A stretch of DNA of 50,396 nucleotides from a virus (IMGVR_UViG_3300036713_000334:1-50396); one strand, 5' to 3'. Positions 1 through 9,533 are shown, counted from the stretch's first letter. A program made the numbers and translations. Notes: generated by a model from the letters alone, not told the origin.

Positions 1-1
1 T

Positions 2-340
2 TTGCAGTTTTTTCAGCCTCAAAATGTTAGTCTTCCTCCTCCCCTACGTATTCAGGAGCCCCAAATGAGATCCATTCTTGACTTGCCACCAGGTATCGAG
101 CCACTTAGTAACCAAGTCCCTAAGGGATGTCGCGTGAGGATTACGGTCGATGAACCTGGATTCAGTGATGCTCGAGTAATGCTGAAGTTCCCCAGTGGAG
201 AAGTCGAGTCTGTTGTTGTTGGCCCAGGTGGATCCTATGAGTTTATACTCAGGTCTCACATCGCCAACCAGGTAATTATCGAGGGCCTGCTACGTGACGG
301 AGATCCCCAAGATCCCGACATGGAGGGAGGGGCGTGGTGA
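2..340 (+). CDS. hypothetical protein, probably 5'-truncated
   Basis: Frame is open from the window edge; its stop overlaps the next GTG start (GTGA). No motif recognised. Confidence 0.5.
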   Translation: MQFFQPQNVSLPPPLRIQEPQMRSILDLPPGIEPLSNQVPKGCRVRITVDEPGFSDARVMLKFPSGEVESVVVGPGGSYEFILRSHIANQVIIEGLLRDGDPQDPDMEGGAW

Positions 341-510
341 CAGAGAAGCTAGTTTGCATACGCTCCGACGCAGGCTATTATAGGTGCCCACAGAAAATGG
401 CGGAGTCCATAATATTGTCCGACCACACGTCCGAGTGGGAATACACTTCTAAAGCCGCTTGGAAAAGAAATGGCGGCAAATACATAAAGGCTGAAGCATG
501 GAAGACTTAA
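337..510 (+). CDS. small hypothetical protein (57 aa, MTEKLVCIRSDAGYYRCPQ...)
   Basis: Not in the ORF track; translated by hand. GTGA overlap with the upstream stop, GGAGG upstream, and it fills the gap to the next gene. Confidence 0.55.
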   Translation: MTEKLVCIRSDAGYYRCPQKMAESIILSDHTSEWEYTSKAAWKRNGGKYIKAEAWKT

Positions 511-839
511 TTATGAATGTCATGGACGAAGCAACTTGTGACTTAGTACGAAGTTGCGGAGTACTTAGTTTTGCAGACGAAAACATTGAGGTGTACCGTT
601 TGGTGGACGGCACTTTATGCTTCTTACCACCTACTGTTCATAACACCGACGAAGCGGCCGTTCACGCTGCAGTGGTGGAAGCGGGCTTTGCAACTGAGGA
701 ACTTAGATCTTGCGTCAAAGAGCTGTATGAGTGCTTGTATGTGCGCATGCTTCAAGAGCCGGCGTCATGCTCATGGTTTACCGATAAAGAGTGGGAAGCC
801 TGCAAGTCTGCGAAACATCTCCTTGGGCTCGACCCCTAA
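498..839 (+). CDS. hypothetical protein
   Basis: 113 aa ORF tightly packed in the + strand run. Confidence 0.55.
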   Translation: MEDLIMNVMDEATCDLVRSCGVLSFADENIEVYRLVDGTLCFLPPTVHNTDEAAVHAAVVEAGFATEELRSCVKELYECLYVRMLQEPASCSWFTDKEWEACKSAKHLLGLDP

Positions 840-842
840 TCT

Positions 843-1451
843 GTGCGTCCCTATCCACAGCTTACTTGTGTAAGGTGCGATGAGACAAAATCTGCGCTTC
901 ATTTTCCAAAGCGCGCAGGCTCGACGTACGCAAAGTATTTATCCCACGACCCCAGGCGTTATGACCCGGTATGCAAATGGTGTAGGAAGCCGCGCAAACC
1001 AGGACAAGCCAGGGAGGATGTGCCGCGCCCGAAAGTAAAGCAGAAACAGAAAGGCGGCAAAGCGCGCATGACGGGGGACTTGAACCCTAGAAAACGAAAA
1101 AAGGAACGGCTCAGTGCAGGCGAATACAAAGCGAGAACGAGGAGTAAGACACGTGTTAAGTCTATGCAGTACCTATCTAAAAAAGGGTGCGAAGAATGTG
1201 GGGAACGTGATCCACGAGTTTTGGAGTACGACCATAAAGACACAAGCGAGAAAAACGGCACTATCAGTCGCCTCATTATTGATGGGTATGGCTGGTCGTC
1301 TAGACGCCTTCGGACAGAGATCCGAAAATGTAGAATCCTCTGCGCAAACTGCCACCGTAAACATACCATCAAGCAGCAAGGATACTACGCCCAAGAGGAA
1401 GTTCAGTGGGAGCTCAGAATTATCGCGGGACGGTATAAATTTGACCTATAA
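843..1451 (+). CDS. HNH endonuclease with N-terminal Zn finger
   Basis: C-terminal CEECG...LEYDH...CRILCANCHRKH motif; N-terminal CxxC...CxxC; basic linker. Confidence 0.8.
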   Translation: MRPYPQLTCVRCDETKSALHFPKRAGSTYAKYLSHDPRRYDPVCKWCRKPRKPGQAREDVPRPKVKQKQKGGKARMTGDLNPRKRKKERLSAGEYKARTRSKTRVKSMQYLSKKGCEECGERDPRVLEYDHKDTSEKNGTISRLIIDGYGWSSRRLRTEIRKCRILCANCHRKHTIKQQGYYAQEEVQWELRIIAGRYKFDL

Positions 1452-1677
1452 TTCGCCGCATGACTTTTTGTACGACGTGGCCAGAGGGATATTGCATCCA
1501 AGTGAGATAACTTTGGAGCAGTGGCTTATTGCCAATGGCTATGCGATGATCGATAGCAAGCTGCCTGATTTAGAGGCGCAAGTGATGATAGGCGGGCAGT
1601 TGTTTGGGTTACACCATTGTATAAAGAGCGTGCATTATCCAAACCACGCACGGCCATTAATGGAGATAGAACATTGA
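1441..1677 (+). CDS. hypothetical protein (78 aa; 3' part of ORF 1114..1677)
   Basis: A TTG start at 1441 fills the gap between the HNH gene and the next gene. Confidence 0.45.
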   Translation: MTYNSPHDFLYDVARGILHPSEITLEQWLIANGYAMIDSKLPDLEAQVMIGGQLFGLHHCIKSVHYPNHARPLMEIEH

Positions 1678-1943
1678 GTGAATTAGGACCAGACAGCAGC
1701 ATTCGAGAGTTGTTTACTGCTATTGAAGTCGAGGAAGGATGCAACGTTGTGCCAGTTAGGATCTCAAAGGCCGACGACGACCAGGCGCGACTGATGATTT
1801 GCGTTTGTGGGAGCCAGGCCGAGGCAAATTTAATAGTCTCGAACCTTATGACATATGTTGATTCCATGTACGCAGCCGCGGCACAGTCAGCAGCAAACGA
1901 AGAGGCACTAAAAGAAGATGGCAACACCATCATCGTACCTTAA
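1674..1943 (+). CDS. hypothetical protein
   Basis: TTG start with a GGAG RBS and TTGA overlap with the upstream stop; in frame with ORF 1617..1943. Confidence 0.55.
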   Translation: MSELGPDSSIRELFTAIEVEEGCNVVPVRISKADDDQARLMICVCGSQAEANLIVSNLMTYVDSMYAAAAQSAANEEALKEDGNTIIVP

Positions 1944-2448
1944 GCTAACCGCGAAGCAACGCATCTACGTTGACTCGCGGTTATCAGGCCTTACTAAAAA
2001 GGCTGCCGCTGCCGCTGCCGGCGGTGCCGATTACCTGAATTATGAGAAATCGGCGAAAGTAGAAGCAGCGCTCGTCGACATGATGAAGAAGGGTGCAGAG
2101 GAAGTTTCGTTCGGCCGCAAAGAAGCGCACGATATGTACATGGAGGCGTACCACAACGCAGAAACAGCCATGGAACAAGTCGCAGCCGTGAATGCTATGG
2201 TAAAATTGCACGGGCTGGAGAAACCAAAGCAAGTTGAAGTGCAACACCAGCATGTGCATAGTGGACAAATTGAGCATTTACCCACGGAAGAGTTAATGCG
2301 GCTTGCTAACATGGAAAAAACGCTCACTCTTGAGGGTGAGTACAACGAAGTTGAGGAAAAGCCGGTGCTGGAAGCACCTGAAGCCAGGGAAGATAACACT
2401 ATTGATTCAGCAGAATTGCAAAACGTGCGAGACGGTTACGGAGCATAG
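1918..2448 (+). CDS. terS: terminase small subunit
   Basis: N-terminal LTAKQRIYV...AAAAAG HTH-like pattern, KLHGL motif, and position directly upstream of TerL. Confidence 0.75.
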   Translation: MATPSSYLKLTAKQRIYVDSRLSGLTKKAAAAAAGGADYLNYEKSAKVEAALVDMMKKGAEEVSFGRKEAHDMYMEAYHNAETAMEQVAAVNAMVKLHGLEKPKQVEVQHQHVHSGQIEHLPTEELMRLANMEKTLTLEGEYNEVEEKPVLEAPEAREDNTIDSAELQNVRDGYGA

Positions 2449-4147
2449 TGAGTCCGGGGCTTGTCTGGAGTGCGAACATCAGTTGGCGCTCTCGCTGAAG
2501 TCCGCCTCAGACGACTATAGGGCTAACCATAGCAACACTGCCAAGATACGGAAAAAACGTGATAAGGCAGTTAGGCAAAAAGCTGATAAAAAGCGATCGC
2601 GCACCAGAAGCGAGAAGGCCCAAGAAGAATTAGCCAAGCGCGAGTTGGCGAAAAGGCACTTGCTGGCGTTTATCATGCGTTTTGAGCCGACATATGAGGC
2701 GGGCTGGTTCCACAAAGTGTTGGCCGAGCAGCTGATGCAGTTCCTTGATGACGTCGTAGCAAAGAAATCGCCCCGATTGCTCCTTACAGTACCTCCGAGG
2801 CACGGAAAATCAATGCAGGCGTCGCAATATTTCCCTGCATACAGCCTTGGCAAATATCCAGGTCTTGAGTTTATTAATTGCTCGTATGCGCAATCTCTAC
2901 AAATGGACTTTTCGCGCAAAATCCAAGAAATTGTCCGCTCTCCCGACTTCGGCATGCTTTTCGATGGCCTGAAAATCATGAAAAACAACGAGTCTGTCGA
3001 ACGGTGGGGCCTGGCGGATAAAGATGGGCGAAGAACAGGCGGCGGGGTGCTTGCAGCCGGCGTGGGAGGCCCAATCACAGGGCGAGGTGCCCATATTTTG
3101 CTGATTGATGACCCTGTGAAAAACCGCGAGGAAGCAGAGAGCACCACAGTGCGAGAAGCGACCAAGGCATGGTACTCATCCACGGCATACACACGACTCG
3201 CCCCCGGCGGCGGCGTTCTTGTGATTCAAACACGTTGGCATGATGACGATTTATCAGGCTGGCTCTTGCGCGAAATGGAAGACGCCGAGAAAGAGTTCAA
3301 TGAGACGGAAGTGTGGCCAGAGGATTCTGACCGATGGAAACATTTGGACTTCCCGGCGATCGCAACGCACGACGAGGAATACCGTAAGGCGGGAGAAGCT
3401 CTGCACCCTGAGCGCTACCCGCTTCCTGCACTCCGCAAGATCAAGAAGACACTTGCTCCTAGAGACTGGGCGGCACTGTATCAGCAGAATCCCCAGGTTG
3501 AGGAAGGTGCCTATTTTTCCAAGAATATGGTACGCTACTACAAGTCCGTCCCGAAGTACTTAGATATATATGCTGCGGGCGATTTGGCTATTTCTAAGAA
3601 AGAGCAAGCCGACTACACGGTGTTTCTCGTAGCTGGCGTTGATGACCAGGAAAACATCTACATGCTTGATTCTTACAAAGGCCGATGGAATGCGGACGAA
3701 ATTATTGATGTGATGTTCCAGATTCACAAGAGATGGAAACCACGTCGCTTTGGACTAGAGAAGGGCCACATCAGCATGACGATGGATGCCCCTCTCCAAA
3801 GACGCATTAAAGATGCGAAGATGTATGACTTGCAAGTGGAGGCACTGCCCCCCGGCAAGGCGGACAAGGAACTTAGAGCGCGATCCATCCAGGGCTTGAT
3901 GGCGCTCGGAAAAGTGTTCTGGCCAGAAGGAGCCCTGTGGACAGACGACTTCTTAAATGAGATGTTGCGCTTTCCGAACGGTGTAAAAGATGACTGCGTA
4001 GACGCCGCTGCGTGGATTGGCAAAATGCTTGCCATCCAGGGATACATAGGAACTGGAAGGCCCAAGAAGAAAGATAAATCTTGGCGTAAGAAGCTAGCAG
4101 GGTATGTCTCAGGACATAAGGAATCCAATTCGCACATGGCGGCATAA
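2402..4147 (+). CDS. terL: terminase large subunit (start uncertain; ORF open from 2303)
   Basis: Walker A VPPRHGKS, Walker B LLIDDP, coupling motif IQTRWH, nuclease acidic motifs AGDLA and DDCVDA. Confidence 0.95.
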   Translation: MIQQNCKTCETVTEHSESGACLECEHQLALSLKSASDDYRANHSNTAKIRKKRDKAVRQKADKKRSRTRSEKAQEELAKRELAKRHLLAFIMRFEPTYEAGWFHKVLAEQLMQFLDDVVAKKSPRLLLTVPPRHGKSMQASQYFPAYSLGKYPGLEFINCSYAQSLQMDFSRKIQEIVRSPDFGMLFDGLKIMKNNESVERWGLADKDGRRTGGGVLAAGVGGPITGRGAHILLIDDPVKNREEAESTTVREATKAWYSSTAYTRLAPGGGVLVIQTRWHDDDLSGWLLREMEDAEKEFNETEVWPEDSDRWKHLDFPAIATHDEEYRKAGEALHPERYPLPALRKIKKTLAPRDWAALYQQNPQVEEGAYFSKNMVRYYKSVPKYLDIYAAGDLAISKKEQADYTVFLVAGVDDQENIYMLDSYKGRWNADEIIDVMFQIHKRWKPRRFGLEKGHISMTMDAPLQRRIKDAKMYDLQVEALPPGKADKELRARSIQGLMALGKVFWPEGALWTDDFLNEMLRFPNGVKDDCVDAAAWIGKMLAIQGYIGTGRPKKKDKSWRKKLAGYVSGHKESNSHMAA

Positions 4148-4150
4148 AGT

Positions 4151-6415
4151 ATGGCAACACTCATAACGACCAACGAGTTTGGTGGCGACGCAGAGAAGCT
4201 TGATAAAGACAACTCTCCTGCTTACTCCCCTGAAGAGGTCGATAAGGTAAACCAACAGTGGGCAGCGTATACCAGAGCACGGGACGCTGGCCATTTAGAT
4301 TGGGTCGAACAAGCACGTAAGTTTGACAACTTCTACGTCGGCGAGCAGTGGGCAACAGAAACGCAGCAAACACTCGACGCACAAAAACGACCTCATCAAA
4401 CTATTAACCTGATTCTGTCAACGGTCAATGCCGTTGTAGGCGAGTACATTAAGTCTCGCCAAGATATCTCGTTTGTGCCACAGGGCAAAGGTGCCAACCA
4501 GGATACAGCCAAGTCATTGCGATTCCTGTTCAAACAGATAGCGCTTAATAATGACTCAGAAGCCAAAGAGCAACAGATGTTCCTGGATGGATTAATCCAG
4601 GATCGTGGGTACTGTTACTACTACATGGACTTCTCTGATTCCACAGAAGGCGAGATAAGAGAGCTAATTCTCGACCCTACTGATGTCATTCTTGATGCGG
4701 GAGCAAAAGAGTATGACCCCGACACCTGGGCGGAAGTGTTCATAAGCCGATGGCTAACTCCTGAAGAGATTGGAGCTTTTTATGGGCCAGAATACAAAAA
4801 CAAAGTCGACCTGGCTGCTGCTAGTGGAACTTTTGGGCACGATTCACTTGAATGGGAAGCCCCTAACTTCAGTGGAGACCACTACAATAGCGAAATCTTC
4901 TTCCAGAGCTCCGAGGAAGAGGTCAAGCGAGTCAAACGTGTCCGCGTCATTGAACGACAGTATCGAAAGTTAGTCCGCACACCTTATTTTGTTGACAACA
5001 CCACTGGCGACATGCGCCGAGTACCTGAAGGTTGGTCAAAGGAAGAAACCGAAGCCTTCCAGATTAAGATGCGAGGTGAAATCGGTGTGATGTGGAAGCC
5101 TGAGCGTAGAGTACGGGTAACCATCACCGCGGACCGTTGTTTGTTGCACGATGGCTGGTCGATATTCAACAAGATCTCGATCATCCCATTCTTCCCCTTC
5201 TTCAGACGCGGCAGGCCGTTTGGTCTGGTTCGCAATTTGATCAGCCCACAGGAAATGCTCAACAAGGTAACATCACAGGAACTGCACGTAGTCAACACGA
5301 CTGCAAACAGTGGGTGGATGTTTAAGACAGGCACGCTTGTCAACATGGACGCAGATGACCTTGTGCAGCAGGGCTCAAAAACTGGCCTTGTCCTGGAATG
5401 GCAGGGCGACGCAGCTCCAGAGAAGATCCAACCTAATTCAGTTCCGTCAGGCTTGGATCAGATTTCAGCGAAGTCTGGAATTTATTTCCGGGAGATCTCT
5501 GGTGTAAACGAAGCTATGCTCGGCACCCAACGCTCCGACTCATCAAAGGCGATCGACTCACAGCGCCAAGGTGGCATGGCGCAGCAGGAAATCATATTCG
5601 ATCACCTAAATTACACACGGAAGCTGAGAGCACGATTTATGCTCGAGGCAGTCCAAGCGTATTATACCGAAACACGATTGCTCACAATCTTCGAGAAAAA
5701 TGAAGACGGCGATGATGTGCAGCAAGAGCTAGAAGTAAACCAGCCGTACGAGCAGATTGATCCTGAGACACAAGCAGTGATTGAGGAGATCAAGAATGAC
5801 CTCACCATGGGTGAGTACAATGTCACGGTCACAAATATTCCTCGTCGTGATACTTACGATGAGGCTTTGTTTGAACAGCTGGCAAAGTTGCGCGAAATTG
5901 GCGTACAGCTACCAGATCACATTCTTATAGAAAACTCTCAGCTGCCAGATCGCAGAGATGTGTCAGAACAGGTCAAGAAGATACAAGGCCTGGCCGCGCC
6001 GACTCCAGAAGAGATCGAGCGCGCGCAGATACTCGACGAAATGCAGATGCGCTTACTGAACGCAGAGATTATGGAGAAGGAAGCACAAGCCGCAGAACGT
6101 CAGGCGAAAGCGCAGTCCTTACAAGTTGATGCGCAAGTAGCGATGATTACACCAGAGCTCGAGCAAGCCAAAGTCGGAATGCAATACAGGATGGAGACAG
6201 AGAAACTGCAGGCCGAGGAGCGTATGAATACTATGGATCTTATGGCTAGGATACAGCTGATGCAGCAGAAAAACTCTGGTGCGTCAAACGTGGCTACTAT
6301 ACAATCCGCAACTAAACGTGTAAGCGATGCCCTACAACGGCAAGCATCAATGGAAACAGCGCTAATCAACGCTTCCACGAAGGAGAAACCCAGCGATGGC
6401 CCTAAGAAAGCCTAA
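4151..6415 (+). CDS. portal protein, P22-like, with C-terminal coiled-coil barrel
   Basis: Follows TerL; FYVGEQW, GLVRNLISPQ..NK and ISGVNEAMLG motifs; Q/E-rich helical C-terminus. Confidence 0.88.
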   Translation: MATLITTNEFGGDAEKLDKDNSPAYSPEEVDKVNQQWAAYTRARDAGHLDWVEQARKFDNFYVGEQWATETQQTLDAQKRPHQTINLILSTVNAVVGEYIKSRQDISFVPQGKGANQDTAKSLRFLFKQIALNNDSEAKEQQMFLDGLIQDRGYCYYYMDFSDSTEGEIRELILDPTDVILDAGAKEYDPDTWAEVFISRWLTPEEIGAFYGPEYKNKVDLAAASGTFGHDSLEWEAPNFSGDHYNSEIFFQSSEEEVKRVKRVRVIERQYRKLVRTPYFVDNTTGDMRRVPEGWSKEETEAFQIKMRGEIGVMWKPERRVRVTITADRCLLHDGWSIFNKISIIPFFPFFRRGRPFGLVRNLISPQEMLNKVTSQELHVVNTTANSGWMFKTGTLVNMDADDLVQQGSKTGLVLEWQGDAAPEKIQPNSVPSGLDQISAKSGIYFREISGVNEAMLGTQRSDSSKAIDSQRQGGMAQQEIIFDHLNYTRKLRARFMLEAVQAYYTETRLLTIFEKNEDGDDVQQELEVNQPYEQIDPETQAVIEEIKNDLTMGEYNVTVTNIPRRDTYDEALFEQLAKLREIGVQLPDHILIENSQLPDRRDVSEQVKKIQGLAAPTPEEIERAQILDEMQMRLLNAEIMEKEAQAAERQAKAQSLQVDAQVAMITPELEQAKVGMQYRMETEKLQAEERMNTMDLMARIQLMQQKNSGASNVATIQSATKRVSDALQRQASMETALINASTKEKPSDGPKKA

Positions 6416-6551
6416 GTCACCAGAGAAAAAGCTTGAACGTAGCAAGCCCTTTACGGAGCCTAAAGCCATTAAGGACTTGAAGGAGCGCTTGAAAAAGCGT
6501 AATGAAAAACAGAAGCCAATAAGTAAAGGTATCCGGGCACCTAAAGCCTGA
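6396..6551 (+). CDS. small Lys-rich protein (51 aa, MALRKPKSPEKK...)
   Basis: Not in the ORF track; AAGGAG RBS at 6380-6385, ATG at 6396, fills the portal-scaffold gap. Confidence 0.55.
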   Translation: MALRKPKSPEKKLERSKPFTEPKAIKDLKERLKKRNEKQKPISKGIRAPKA

Positions 6552-6591
6552 TAATCGCCCTCGAGGGCGTAAAACACAACTAGGAGCTATT

Positions 6592-7719
6592 ATGTCTAGC
6601 GCAGCAGAAGACCGGGGTGACGATCTTGCCCCCGATGCAACCCTCGCGGTTGATATCCCCAACGAAGACGAACGTACTGCCGAACAATTAGAATATTTTG
6701 GTGGCGACCCAGAAGACCTCGACAAAGAGGACTTTTCAGCTGTTGATAGGGGTGACGATATTGATCCCCCGGAGTTAATGGAAGATGCGGAAGAAGAGCA
6801 AGCCACAGAAGATGAGGAAGGGCCTACCGAAGACGAGTCCCTCGACGATGGAGAGGTTGACAGTGACCCCGATTCCGAAGAAGTTGTGGAGGACGATGAA
6901 GGAGACGATGGCGAAGACGATGACAGTGACGTGGCCGAATCAGATGCTGGAGACCCCAGCCAGCAAAAGGATTCTGATGCGCGCGATCAGCGAATCCCGC
7001 TCAGTCGATTCAACGAAGTAAACGAACGTATGAAGCAGGCCGAACAACGGCTTGCAGAGCTCGAAAGAAATGAGGTTGCTGCTGAAGAGGTTGTGAAGGG
7101 AACATACGACTTCGATCAGGCTGAAGAAGAATACACTGAGCTACTTCTCAACGGAGACACTAAGGGCGCAGCAACTAAGCGCTCAGAAATTCGTAGCGCA
7201 GAACGTGAATCATTTTTGGTAGAAGCCCAACAGTCAACACAGCAGACTATCACCCAGGATGCAGTTGCTAGTGAGTTGAACTCCTTGGCAGACCAGGCTG
7301 CAGAAATGTACCCTATATTTAAGGATACCCACCCTGACTTTGACGCAGATGCAACTCAGAAGGTGCTGACGTTTATGCGCGGATACATGTCCGATACGGC
7401 TAATCCCATGCAAGCTTCTGACGCATTTGTTGCAGCACTAGCGGACGGCATTTCGTTGTATGACCTGGATTCCACGTATGGATATAACCAGGAAGAAAGT
7501 GATTCAGCTCCCAAGGATCCAAAAAAGGCTGCTCCGAAGAGAAAGACAAAAGAGAAGATCGGTGTCGCTGCAAAGCAAGCCAGGTCACCGGCCGGCGCAG
7601 GCAGAGCATCTATGGATGCAGGGGCGAACGTACCCGACGTTGATAAGATGAGTGATGCTGAGATTGAAGCGTTACCAGCCGAAACATTGGCACGCCTTAG
7701 AGGCGATTTCATGGATTAG
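6592..7719 (+). CDS. capsid scaffolding protein
   Basis: Highly acidic N-terminus, RIPLSRFNEVNER coiled coil, C-terminal MSDAEIEALP..LARLRGD; lies between portal and capsid; AGGAG RBS. Confidence 0.8.
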   Translation: MSSAAEDRGDDLAPDATLAVDIPNEDERTAEQLEYFGGDPEDLDKEDFSAVDRGDDIDPPELMEDAEEEQATEDEEGPTEDESLDDGEVDSDPDSEEVVEDDEGDDGEDDDSDVAESDAGDPSQQKDSDARDQRIPLSRFNEVNERMKQAEQRLAELERNEVAAEEVVKGTYDFDQAEEEYTELLLNGDTKGAATKRSEIRSAERESFLVEAQQSTQQTITQDAVASELNSLADQAAEMYPIFKDTHPDFDADATQKVLTFMRGYMSDTANPMQASDAFVAALADGISLYDLDSTYGYNQEESDSAPKDPKKAAPKRKTKEKIGVAAKQARSPAGAGRASMDAGANVPDVDKMSDAEIEALPAETLARLRGDFMD

Positions 7720-7745
7720 TTGCTAAGGGGTCGGCAAGCCTCCCT

Positions 7746-7770
7746 AGGGCCCCCTTGTGGGGCCCTTTGT
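7746..7770 (+). terminator. GC-rich hairpin, possible weak intrinsic terminator
   Basis: AGGGCCCC-cttgt-GGGGCCCT followed by a short T tract, after the scaffold stop. Confidence 0.5.
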
Positions 7771-7784
7771 ATATGCGCTATAAT
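7755..7784 (+). promoter_or_regulatory. putative sigma70-type promoter for the capsid operon
   Basis: Perfect TATAAT at 7779-7784; weak -35 TTGTGG 18 bp upstream. Confidence 0.45.
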
Positions 7785-7791
7785 CCAGGTT

Positions 7792-7871
7792 CGTGGATGG
7801 CACCACGTAAAACATTTCGCCGGAGTCGTCCTCCTTAATAGCGTCACACGCCTCGGCAGGCGAAAGAAGCC
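7792..7871 (+). ncRNA. structured 5' leader of the capsid gene with three putative mini H-type pseudoknots
   Basis: Three hairpins, each followed by a 5-6 nt A-rich linker and 3 nt complementary to the loop. Confidence 0.45.
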
Positions 7872-7945
7872 AAAACTAAACCCGGCCAATAATGGCCAAC
7901 TTTGTTTTTGTTCCGTTAAATGTGATGTCTCTAGGAGGAAACTTA

Positions 7946-9070
7946 ATGACTGTCACCAATTTTAACGCGCTAACATCAGAGCAGAAGACCGTATGGTCTC
8001 GTGATGTTTGGAAGCAAGCTCGTAACCTGAGCTTTGTATCCAAATTTACGGGTCGTGGTCCAAACTCGATGATTCAGCGTATTACGGATCTTACGAAGTC
8101 TGAGAAGGGAACTCGCGCAGTAATTACTCTGGTAGCTGATCTTGAAGAAGACGGCGTGGCAGGCGACAACCAGTTGGAAGGCAACGAAGAAGCAATCAAG
8201 GCTTACGATCAAGTAATCCAGATTGACCAGCTTCGTCAGGCTAACCGACATAAAGGTCGTCTTGCTGATCAGAAATCTGTTGTGAACTTCCGTGAACAGT
8301 CTCGTGATGTCCTAGCTTACTGGCTTGCAGATCGCATGGACCAGTTAGCATTCTTGTCTCTATCTGGTGTTGCGTATAGTAATACGAACCGTGGTGCAGC
8401 TCGTACAAGTTCGACCTTTGCTGGTCTGGATTTCGCGGGTGATATCGCAGTTCCGTCTGCTCAACGTCACTATCAGTGGGATGGCGCAGCTTCTAATCTA
8501 GTAGCAAGCTCTCTTGGCACACTAGCACTCGCTGACGACACTCCGTCGTGGGCTATGCTTGTTGAAGCAAAAGCTCTTGCGAAAGAGAAGTACCTTCGCG
8601 GTATTAAGGGTCCAGGCGGCATGGAGTTCTACCATGTCTTTATGACTCCTACCGGGATGGCTAAGCTGCGTCAGGATGCTGACTATCTTGCGAACGTCCG
8701 CAATGCTGGTGTACGTGGCTCTTCGAACGAACTGTTCAAGGGTACGGACACTGTCATGGTCGATGGCCTCATGATTCACGAATATCGTCATGTATTCAAC
8801 AACTCTGCACTGCCTGATGGCTCTCGTGCAGGTGCGTCGAATGACGTAACGTATCAACGTACGCTGTTTGCGGGTGCTCAGGCACTTGGCATGGCTGACA
8901 TTGGTGCGCCGGAGTGGATCGAGAAAGGCTTCGATTACGACAACCAGCAGGGCATTAGCATCGCTAAGATGTTTGGCTATCTCAAGCCGCAGTTCTACTC
9001 CAACATTGATGCATCAACGCAAGACTTCGGTCTGTTGGTCATCGATAATGCTATTGGAGGTAACGACTAA
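7946..9070 (+). CDS. major capsid protein, N4-gp56/DUF4043-like
   Basis: AGGAGG RBS then ATG at 7946; LEGNEEAI, IDQLRQA, LAYWLADRMDQLAFL and DYDNQQGISI motifs; follows the scaffold. Confidence 0.9.
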   Translation: MTVTNFNALTSEQKTVWSRDVWKQARNLSFVSKFTGRGPNSMIQRITDLTKSEKGTRAVITLVADLEEDGVAGDNQLEGNEEAIKAYDQVIQIDQLRQANRHKGRLADQKSVVNFREQSRDVLAYWLADRMDQLAFLSLSGVAYSNTNRGAARTSSTFAGLDFAGDIAVPSAQRHYQWDGAASNLVASSLGTLALADDTPSWAMLVEAKALAKEKYLRGIKGPGGMEFYHVFMTPTGMAKLRQDADYLANVRNAGVRGSSNELFKGTDTVMVDGLMIHEYRHVFNNSALPDGSRAGASNDVTYQRTLFAGAQALGMADIGAPEWIEKGFDYDNQQGISIAKMFGYLKPQFYSNIDASTQDFGLLVIDNAIGGND

Positions 9071-9507
9071 TGAGCGTTTTAACTGATGCACGACAAAAGG
9101 TCTGCTACGCTATCGTAGAAGTCGGATTCGCTGATGTTGCCACCACGGCAGCTGAAGTACCGGTGCTTGACCTTCCACAGGGTGCGACTGTTGTTGATAT
9201 ACAGCTCGTCGTAGATACTGCCTTTGCGGGTGGCACTACGCACGATTTGGATATTGGCGACGTTACGGATCCTAACCGCTACACGCAGACGATCGCTGAG
9301 ATTGACGCTCCTGGCATTCCGGCTAATCCGCCGGCAGTCAGTGGTTTCGAGACCACAGCCGCTGAGCCTCAGATTTCGGTAACGCCTACCCATACGGGTG
9401 GCTCGCCGACTTCTGGTGCCGCACGGCTTATCGTCGGCTATCTTGAAGCAGGACGCCATGACGAAAACTTCGGTGACGGAGTTGAGTTCGCAGGGTCTCC
9501 GGCTTAA
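9070..9507 (+). CDS. capsid decoration/cement protein (putative)
   Basis: 145 aa beta-rich protein (LPQGATVVD..VVDTAF..LDIGD) coupled to the capsid gene and followed by a terminator. Confidence 0.6.
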   Translation: MSVLTDARQKVCYAIVEVGFADVATTAAEVPVLDLPQGATVVDIQLVVDTAFAGGTTHDLDIGDVTDPNRYTQTIAEIDAPGIPANPPAVSGFETTAAEPQISVTPTHTGGSPTSGAARLIVGYLEAGRHDENFGDGVEFAGSPA

Positions 9508-9533
9508 CCGGCTGCTACCTGTAGGTCCAGCCT

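Noticed and set aside
1114-1440. 5' part of ORF 1114..1677
   Set aside because: It overlaps the HNH gene out of frame; only the part from 1441 is likely real.
7792-7885. preQ1-I riboswitch (hairpin plus AAAAC/AAAACTAA tail)
   Set aside because: The loops are too short and lack the conserved ligand-binding sequence, and the downstream gene is a capsid.
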